A DNA stretch of 28,563 bases from Octopus sinensis (lineage: Eukaryota): the NCBI RefSeq assembly GCF_006345805.1, contig NW_021827511.1:1-28563 (forward strand), given 5' to 3'. This document shows positions 1-8,139 of the stretch, one piece after another. The position numbers and the translations under genes were made by a program. Numbering within the stretch: the first letter of the stretch is position 1; every line of letters begins with the position of its first letter. The notes under the pieces were generated by a model. That model was not told where the DNA came from. It made no database searches and was given only the letters and a program-made list of their open reading frames with translations.

Positions 1-133
1 ATATATATATATAACATCTAATATAGGATAGAATTTTTCGAAAAAAATTCTATCAATGGCCAGCATATTAAAAAATACCTTTAAAGGTTAAATTTATAAA
101 CAATTTATAAGTAAGGCTTGCCCTTACTTATAA

Positions 134-134
134 A

Positions 135-175
<41 letters not shown>

Positions 176-381
176 TATGTATGTATGTATGTGTGTGTGT
201 GTGTGTGTCTGTGTTTGTCCTCCCCATCATCACATGACAACCGATGCTGGTGTGTTTACGACCCCGTAATTTAGTGCTTCGGTAAAAGAGACCGATAGAA
301 TAAGTCCTGGGGTCGATTTGTTCGACTAAAGACAGTGCCCCAGCATGGCCGTAGTCTAATGACTGAAACAAATAAAAGATA
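134..381 (+). mobile_element. SINE family A, 3' half with internal microsatellite
   Basis: gacaaccgatgctggtgtgtttacg...gagaccgatagaataagt...ccccagcatggccgtagtctaatgactgaaacaaataaaaga is the reverse complement of the copies at 4451-4879 and 27329-27681. Confidence 0.8.
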
Positions 382-589
382 CATATATGAGAGGTAATCT
401 TTAGCTTAGTTTAACCCCACCATCTGGCCCTTAGATATCTTCAAGAGAATCCACGGTTGCAAGAATTCGGACCAAGTCTTCTGCTTAAGGATAACTTAAT
501 TCGCACCTCTATCCCAGTCTCAGAGGTCATTGGTAGTTCCTTTCATTCAGTGACTGAAAATTGAAGTCTGTCTCGAGTCCTTGGACTCA

Positions 590-790
590 TTGAGATGGTT
601 ACCCTGTTTTCATGACGTCTAAATGACCGAGATCGCAACATACCCCGTGAACTGGACGCAAGTCCATTGCAGAGTTATTCATTTAGAGCTGAGTGAACTG
701 GAGCAATGTTGAATAAAGTATTTTGCTCAAGAACACAATGCACCACTCGGTCTGGGAATCGAAACCACGACACCACGATCCAGCGAGTGT
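590..790 (-). mobile_element. Old tRNA-derived SINE: CORE-like segment plus V-domain-like body
   Basis: Minus strand reads gtttcgattcccagaccgagtggtgcattgtgttcttgagcaaaatac...ttgctccagttcactcagc (shared with 22316-22643), then aactctgcaatggacttgcgtccagttcacgggg (similar to the body of 14326-14640). Confidence 0.6.
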
Positions 791-1351
791 GAGTACAACA
801 ACCTACTCGATACGCAACGCACTTTTACCCACTAATTAAACTATTGATTAAATATGATATAAAAATCATTAATGTAAATTCAAATTAATCACGAAATTAG
901 CTCTGCATATTTTACTAAAATCGTTGCTTCAGATTGATCAAAAGTTTCAATTAACAGATCTTGTGGAGATTATCTCCCCATTTTATCAAAAATATATATT
1001 CTAGAAAAAGAGAGATGTACCCAAGCGCCTTCGAAGCCCCTCTCCCCGCCCAACAGCCAATAAGGTCGACAAGGTTTAGCATTCCTCTTTACAAGCAGGA
1101 AATCGAAGATTGCTTAGAGGAAGTCTTTTTCTAGTAATTGTTAGAATAATTTCCATTTCTCGAGATTTATCAACTCACCCCCTGTATTCCATATGTGAGA
1201 CTCTGCCATACTTGTATTTAGTAAGCAGAGCTACCCCAACACCTCGACAGGCATTTTCGTATTTTTGTCCTTCGGCCATATTGAGTATACAGAATATAAT
1301 TTTACGCTGAATAATCTTAGCAGCTAAGTCATTCATAATAATGTGTAAGAT

Positions 1352-1553
1352 CTTCTCAAAACAGCGCCCTGGTGGTGATGGTGGTAGTGGCAGCAGTGGT
1401 GATAGTGATGGTGGTGGTGATGATGGCGGTGGTTGTGGCGGTAGTGGTTGTTGTGATGTTGGTGTTGTAGAGGTGATGGTAGCGTTGGTAGTAGATTTGG
1501 AGATGTTGATGGTGATGGTGATTATAGCGGCACTGTTGGTAGCGGTTGTGGTG
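1352..1553 (+). repeat. Degenerate (GGT/GAT/GGC)n trinucleotide low-complexity tract
   Basis: ggtggtgatggtggtagtggcagcagtggtgat... runs; produces the Gly/Val-rich ORF 1341-1571. Confidence 0.8.
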
Positions 1554-1757
1554 GTCTACCGTGAAATATAATGTGAGGTATCTTTCTCAAGTTTTCTTTA
1601 TGAAATACAGGTGGTGATGGATGGATTCTATTACCTGTTGTTTGTTATTTGAACCTTGACCTTTGATTTCTTCTGATCGAGCAATCCTACCTACAAAAGC
1701 ATTGCAGCCGTAAGAAATCCGCCATTTTACTTGTTGCTTGTACGACATTATCTAATC

Positions 1758-1995
1758 CAGTCGTTCTCAACCTTGGGTATCCAGATAAGATTTTGTTATT
1801 ACAACTTATGAGCAATAAATTGCTCATACTTTTATAGTACACAAAATATTTTAACAATTTTTAAATATATTTCCTAATAATATTTGATTATGAAAATATT
1901 ATAGGATTTTTTAAACAGCGAATGTTTATGAGGGTCCACATGAATAAAATAGAAATCAAAGGGATCCATGGATTAAAAATGATTAAGAAACACTG
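1758..1995. mobile_element. hAT/Charlie-type MITE (degenerate)
   Basis: Left end CAGTCGTTCTCAACC; right end reverse complement CAGTGTTTCTTAATC (11/15 match). Flanks atctaatc and atccaagc match 6/8, compatible with an eroded 8-bp TSD. Confidence 0.55.
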
Positions 1996-2157
1996 ATCCA
2001 AGCTGTTCTTCCTCGGTTTTTAAAGACGGTAAAACCTATACACACACACAGATATATGCACATATTATAAGCACTACAGAACATCGACTATATCCATATT
2101 AGAACGTTAGAATGGGTAGGTGAATGTCATGGGTACATACTTTCCTTTCTAAGTAAG

Positions 2158-2168
2158 CCATAAATAAA

Positions 2169-2234
<66 letters not shown>

Positions 2235-2438
2235 GTTTCAAATCTTGCCACAAGGCCAGCCATTTTAGGGGAGGGGATGAGTCGATTACATCAACACCAG
2301 TTTTCACTGGAACTTAATTTATCGACCCCGAAAAGATGAAAGGCAAAGTCGACCTCGGCGGAATTTGAACTTAGAACGTGAAAACGGACGAAATACCGAT
2401 AAGCATTTCGCCTGGCGTGCTAACAATTCTGCCAGCTC

Positions 2439-2440
<2 letters not shown>
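2158..2440 (-). mobile_element. SINE family B copy with tail type ii and (TTA)n/(TTTA)n tail
   Basis: gtcgattacatc...tttatcgaccccgaaaagatgaaaggcaaagtcgacctcggcggaatttgaac...gcatttcgcctggcgtgctaac...ctgccagctcg. Minus strand has a tRNA-like head with B-box GTTCAAATTCC. Confidence 0.85.
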
Positions 2441-2500
<60 letters not shown>

Positions 2501-2503
<3 letters not shown>

Positions 2504-2733
2504 AATAATAATAATAATGGTTTCAAATTTTGCCCCAAGGGCAGTCAATTTTGGGGGAGGGAATGAGTCGGTTACATCGACCCCAGTGTTTCACTGGAAC
2601 TTAATTTATCGACCCCGAAAGGATGAAAGGCAAAGTCGACCTCGGTGGAATTTGAACTCAGAACGTGAAGACGGACGAAACACCACTAAGCATTTCGCCC
2701 GGCGTGCTAACGATTCTGCCAGTTCACCGCCTT
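2501..2733 (-). mobile_element. SINE family B copy, tail type ii
   Basis: Near-duplicate of 2158-2440; minus-strand head aaaggcggtgaactggcagaatcgttagcacgccgggcg. Confidence 0.85.
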
Positions 2734-2736
2734 TAT

Positions 2737-2776
<40 letters not shown>

Positions 2777-2995
2777 TAGAGTCAAAGAGAAGCTTGTGGA
2801 GACTTGAAACCGACCCTTTAACCTTTGTGGCCAACATTAGTTAAATATCAAAGAGATGCGGCGAAGTCTTACGTGTTTACACGGAAAACAACGAAAGCGG
2901 CCGACATTGTTGACATTCTGTCAACGAAATCAGAGCAAACATGTTTCTTCACTGTTTTCAAGTCTACTGCCTGAACCTACCACCGCTTGCATGGA

Positions 2996-3318
<323 letters not shown>

Positions 3319-3326
3319 TTGTGATC

Positions 3327-3497
3327 CCCTTCGATTATGAATGACCATGGGATTGCACCTAGAAAGTTACCCCCCGTGGTACAAGTCCGGGCAAGATTGT
3401 TTATGCATACTGGCCTCCCCTCTCCATGCCACCGATTTTATTCAAAGGAAAGGCAAAGGCCGATACAGCTTGGCACCAGTGACGTTGCAACTAATTT
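3327..3497 (-). mobile_element. SINE family E, 3' portion
   Basis: cccttcgattatgaatgacc...gattgcacctagaaagttaccc...ggcaaaggccgatacagcttggcaccagtgacgttgcaact matches 22316-22505. Confidence 0.8.
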
Positions 3498-3804
3498 ATT
3501 AACGTGCAAGTGACTGAGCACTCCACTGATACGTGTACCCTTAACGTAGCTCTCGGGGAGATTCAGCGTGACACCGAGGGTGACAAGGCTGGCCCCCTTT
3601 GAGATACAGGTACAACAGAAACAGGAAGAATGAGTGAGAGAAAGTTGTGGTGAAAGAGTACAGTAGGGTCCCCCCTCCCTGCCAGAGCCTCGTGGAGTTT
3701 TAGGTGTTTTCGCTCAATAAACACTCACAATGCCCGGTCTGGGAATCGAAACCGCGATCCTACGACCGCGAGTCCGATGCCCTAACCACTGGGTCATTGC
3801 GCCT

Positions 3805-3808
<4 letters not shown>
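3498..3808 (-). mobile_element. SINE family D (tRNA-like head, body type 2), 3' truncated
   Basis: Minus head gtggaggcgcaatgacccagtggttagggcatcggactcgcggtcgtaggatcgcggtttcgattcccagaccgg; body matches 24933-25318. Confidence 0.85.
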
Positions 3809-3843
<35 letters not shown>

Positions 3844-4450
3844 TACATATATATCTTGTATATAGATGGCAATTTCTGTGTCTGTTACCATCTCACGGTC
3901 TAAATCAGCGAACCAATCTTCACGAAAGTTTGCATACATGTTAAGCTAATATCCAGTTCAATTACAGGCTAATTTGATTTCAATAAAAATCGCTAGTGGG
4001 CCCCCTACGGGGGCTGGGCTATTATATGATAGAATGAGAAAGGTACAAAAGTATTAGCGTGAGGGAAATGTGGTGGTTGATACAATGAGGGTGACTGATA
4101 TCAGAGAAGGGGAGGAAACAAAAAGATATAGAGGGCGAGATAGGGGACACTGAGCAGGAAAGAGAGAGAGAGAGAGAGAGAGAGAGTGTGTTTACTGAAT
4201 TTTTACCTATCAGTTAACGCATGCGCTTTAGTGAATTAACTATCGTCTGCTCAGTCAAAACTTTTAAATCTCCAACAACAGATGTAAAACTAACAAGTGA
4301 AGAGCAAAGTGTTTTTATATTTGTTTTCAAATCACCGTATTTATTAAAATTTTACCAATGTACTGAAACAAGAAAACTGAAGATAATGTCTTTCATTTTC
4401 TTCCATAGATGAATAAATAGCCTGTCGTTGTCGGGCAATTTTTACAATTC

Positions 4451-4675
4451 TTTTCTTTCTTTCTTTTACTTGCTTCAGTCATTTGACTGCGGCCATGCTG
4501 GAGCACCGCCTTTAGTCCAGCAAATCGACCCCAGAACTTATTCTTTGTAAGGCTAGTACTTATTCTATCGGTCTCTTTTTGCAAAACCGGTAAGTTGTGG
4601 GGACGTAAACACACCAGCATCGGTTGTCAAGCGATGTTGGAGGGACAAGCACAGATACACAAACATATACACACA

Positions 4676-4714
<39 letters not shown>

Positions 4715-4879
4715 GACGGACTTCTTTCAGTTTCCGTCTACCAAATCCACTCACAAGGCTTTGATCGGCCCGAGGCTATAGTAGAAGACACTTGCCTAAG
4801 GTGCCAACGCAGTGGTTCTGAACCCGGAACCATGTGGTTGGTAAGCAAGCTTCTTACCACACAGCCACTCCTGCGCCTA
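4451..4879 (-). mobile_element. SINE family A, full length (tRNA-like head, CORE-like segment, internal (TA)n, LINE-like 3' tail)
   Basis: Minus head aggcgcaggagtggctgtgtggtaagaagcttgcttaccaaccacatggttccgggttcagaacc..., then ggcaccttaggcaagtgtcttctac; 3' end ggcggtgctccagcatggccgcagtcaaatgactgaagcaagtaaaagaa. Confidence 0.9.
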
Positions 4880-4897
4880 TAATAATAATAATAATAA

Positions 4898-5389
4898 TCT
4901 TATATAAATTTCTGTTTATTTTATGTCAGACCATGCCTTCCTTTACAGATAGGTCTCTGAACCTGCTTTTTCCTATGGCCAACTGTATGTAGGATACTCA
5001 AGTGTCAGCAAACCAAATCAGTTATTTATTTATGCTCCAGAGGACATGATCAAATATGTAGTATACCAAGAGGCTCTACAAAATTGCTAGTAATCGGTCA
5101 TCAATCAATCGTTTCATACTCGCACATCGTGAACCCTCTCATCCGTCCAACCATCCACCAGTTCAACTTTGATATTACCTTACCATTTCAATCAATTAAT
5201 TTTATGATTCAACTGCATTATTTCCCAGTATTTGTAAATCTATCCCACGTCACGGTGTATTTGTAAATCTATTTGAAATATTTAAACGGGAAATGAATAG
5301 GGAACAGGATAGGACATGAAACAGTGTAATGGGAACGGGAACTGGAAATAACACCCGTTTTTCCGGGTAGTACCGGGTAATTCAGTTAG
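4898..5389 (+). mobile_element. Possible non-autonomous Helitron-like element (degenerate)
   Basis: Starts a|TCTTATATAAA and ends ...ccgggtagtaccgggtaattcagTTAG|t, resembling the clearer element at 23710-24104; terminal CTAG appears as TTAG. Confidence 0.4.
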
Positions 5390-5548
5390 TATATATATAC
5401 ACTAGCGGAGCTAGTGTGTGTGCGTGTAGGGGCGATAGGGGCGGTACTTTTGGGTCTGCTGTAGACATGTGTTTTTTGTGAGGTCCGGGGGGGGGCACAC
5501 TCTCTAGCTATGCTAGTGTGCGTGTGTGTGTATATATATATATGCACA

Positions 5549-6281
5549 CACCAGATCATCACAGATCCTCTATGTTTAACAGCTGGAAGAATGCAGTCTG
5601 GGTCAAATGCTTCCTTTGGCTGCCGCCACACGTATATTCGGCCGGTGGCCGGAAATAAGGTAAAGGATGTCTCGTCCGAGTAAATAACATTCTTCCACTG
5701 CTCTAGGGACCAGTTCTGTAGGTTTTTACTCCACTCTAAACTCTTTGCAACGTTTGTTTTTGAAAGTAGTGGTTTTCTGATTGCAGCCCTCCCGTGAAAT
5801 CCGGCTTTGTGCAGCTCCCGGCGAACAGTTTTTGTAGAAACTAGGTTATCGAGGAGGTCATTAAACTCTGCAGTAATTTTGGGAGCTGTACTTTTGTGAT
5901 CCTTTCTAACAATTCGCGTAAGAGTCCGGCGGTGCCTATCTGAAAGTTTTGGTTTTCTTTCGGAGTTTTGTTTCGACGAGTAGGTTTCTCAAAGGGTGTC
6001 AATACTTTCGAGACAGTATTTCTTGATACACCAAACATTTCAGCTGTTTTCGTTACGCTAGCGCCTACCATACAAGCACCAACAATTTGACCTCTTTGAA
6101 AGTCCGATAGATCTGTCATTTTAATGAATTTTAATTACCTTTTTCTGATGTCTGAAAAGAAACAGTAATTTTAGCAAAACATATTAAGCAACACAAATAA
6201 TAAATCCCAAAACAAAAATAAACAAGCTTTTGATGGTTTTATTTCAAAATTATGATGGTCTGATGCTAGGTGTTTCCATTG
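5549..6281 (-). mobile_element. Tc1-family DNA transposon, 5' half with frameshifted transposase (pseudogene)
   Basis: MTDLSDFQRGQIVGA...GVSRNTVSKV (HTH, start 6119); frameshift near 5985; RKPKLSDRHRRTLTRIV...VSTKTVRRELHKAGFHGRAAIRKPLL...WKNVIYSDETSF (first catalytic Asp 5674-5676)...VWRQPKEAFDPDCILPAVKH..GSVMIW, then truncated. Outer end TA|CAATGG at 6281-6283. Confidence 0.9.
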
Positions 6282-6327
6282 TATACATAAATACATACAT
6301 ACATACATACTACATACATACCATACA

Positions 6328-6358
<31 letters not shown>

Positions 6359-6383
6359 CATACAAATAATATATATATATATA

Positions 6384-6446
<63 letters not shown>
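6282..6446. repeat. (TACA)n then (TA)n microsatellite
   Basis: Directly visible. Confidence 0.95.
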
Positions 6447-6448
<2 letters not shown>

Positions 6449-6525
6449 CGATGAAGAAGCAACAAGAAATGGATAGGTTGTTTAGTACGATCGTTTCATA
6501 CAAGGACAGGTTTATTAAAAGTTGC

Positions 6526-7399
6526 AAGGTTACAGCATAAAACGAGTCCCGTACTCATAGCTAAAATACATGTAAGTTCTCTAGACATCCTAGTGTTTGA
6601 GGCTATACTCATGAAGTAATGTAGATAATTAAACAGATTTCTAAAGTTCATTAAAGTTCTTTAAAGATGATGTAAGTCTTATCACAGAATATTAAAAAAG
6701 TTTTGATAGGCATCACAGAGAAGGTGACCTAATCCATATGAATTTCCATAGATATGATGAGGGAATATACTCACAGAAGACAAATTTATCCATTGTTATT
6801 AGCATTACAGAGAGGGTGAATTATCCTTTGTATATATGCACAGATTCCAATGGTGTAGATGTTAAATTTCCAGAGAAATGGAGATGAATTTCATATTCAC
6901 AGGCGATAAATTTTTACAATGGTTGAACACATGAGGTAGGTACCAATCCTTGTTACCTATAACATTGGTACCTATAACAAGGATTGGTACCTACCTCATT
7001 GTGTTCAACATTGTAAAATTTATCGCCTGTTGAATATGCAATTCATCTCCATGTTTCTCTGGAATTTACATCTACACCATTGGAATCTGTGCATATATAC
7101 AAAGGATTAATTCACCCTCTCTGTATGCTAATAACAATGCATAAATTTGTCTTCTGTGAGTATTAATCCCTCATCATATCTATGGAAATTCATTGGATTA
7201 GGTCACCTTCTCTGTGATGCTATCAAAATTTTTTAATATTCTGTGATAAGACTAACCTCCATTTTAAAGAACTTTAATGGAACTTTAGAAATCTGTTTAT
7301 TATCACATTACTTCATGAGTATAGCCTCAAACACTAGGATGTCTAGAGAATTACATGTATTTCACATGATGAGTGGGACTCTTTTATATCTGTAACCTT
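6526..7399. repeat. ~880-bp imperfect palindrome (two ~430-bp inverted arms, 19-bp spacer)
   Basis: Arm 6526-6955 is the reverse complement of 6975-7399, e.g. gaggtaggtaccaatccttgtta (6933-6955) and taacaaggattggtacctacctc (6975-6997); spacer 6956-6974. Confidence 0.95.
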
Positions 7400-7877
7400 T
7401 GTCAATGTGTTAATAAAACCGGAACCTGAGGTGTCCTGTATGAAACGATTTTACACTAAAAACCTATCCATTCTTGTTGCTCTTTCTCGCTATAATCAAC
7501 CCACTTACTGTATGTTAAATCAGTATAGTTTTTTTTGGTGCATCATAAGTTACTGTACCATCTTCAATAAATTTTTATTAAATACTATGAATCTTTATAT
7601 GCTATTATATATATATATATATATATATAATATATTAATTATTATCCTAGTATTGATAATTCGGTTAATCGATACCTGGTAGCAAATTCACGTCAGAAAA
7701 CACGGTTGAAGCTACATGTCAAGGGCAGAAACCTCGTGTTCTTGTGTGGTAATTTGTGTGTTTTTTTTATATGAATAAATGAAAGAATGGAGTCGAACGA
7801 AGATTTCCTACCCTTTCACTGTTCTTCGCTCGCAAGAAAAAAAACAAAACAAAAAAAAAAACAGCAACAGCCTTACT

Positions 7878-8050
7878 CATTGGTTTCAAATGTTGGCACT
7901 AGACCAGCAATTTCGAGAGAGGGAGTAAGTCGATTACATCGACCTCAGGGCTCAACTGGTTCTTTTTTTTATCGACTCTGAAAGGAGGAAAGGCAAAGTC
8001 GACCTCGTCGGAATTTGAACTCAAACTGTATAAACAGATGAATTGCTTCT
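7878..8050 (-). mobile_element. SINE family B copy (tail ii, degenerate, lacks head) just upstream of the acceptor
   Basis: ggtttcaaatgttggcac...gtcgattacatcgacc...aaggcaaagtcgacctcgtcggaatttgaactc. Confidence 0.8.
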
Positions 8051-8114
8051 TAGGATGAATGAAAATATGATTTTGTATTTGTATTTCATTAATTAAATTC
8101 CAGTAATTGAAATG

Positions 8115-8139
8115 ATTTTGTTTTCTTTCTCTTCCATAG
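8115..8139 (+). promoter_or_regulatory. 3' splice acceptor (polypyrimidine tract + AG) of the hydrolase exon
   Basis: attttgttttctttctcttccatag|gt directly precedes the coding-like sequence; the ORF-track N-terminus MILFSFSSI is just the translated pyrimidine tract. Confidence 0.8.

Noticed and set aside
1341-1571. Gly-rich then hydrophobic 76-aa ORF resembling a membrane or glycine-rich protein
   Set aside because: Explained by a degenerate GGT/GAT/GTT trinucleotide tract; no splice or other support.
6700-6940. Faint C2H2 zinc-finger-linker-like peptide (STGDKFYN) in the palindrome arm, and an isolated HCDIC at ~28060
   Set aside because: No C-x2-C...H-x3-H spacing or 84-bp periodicity could be recovered; consistent with chance.
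7651-7748. Candidate upstream exon for the hydrolase (cctag| ... tgtg|gtaatt, phase 1, open frame IDNSVNRYLVANSRQKTRLKLHVKGRNLVFLC)
   Set aside because: The phase fits, but the acceptor is weak, there is no in-frame ATG (ATG 7716 is out of frame after splicing), and the peptide is not signal-like. It cannot be supported without transcripts.
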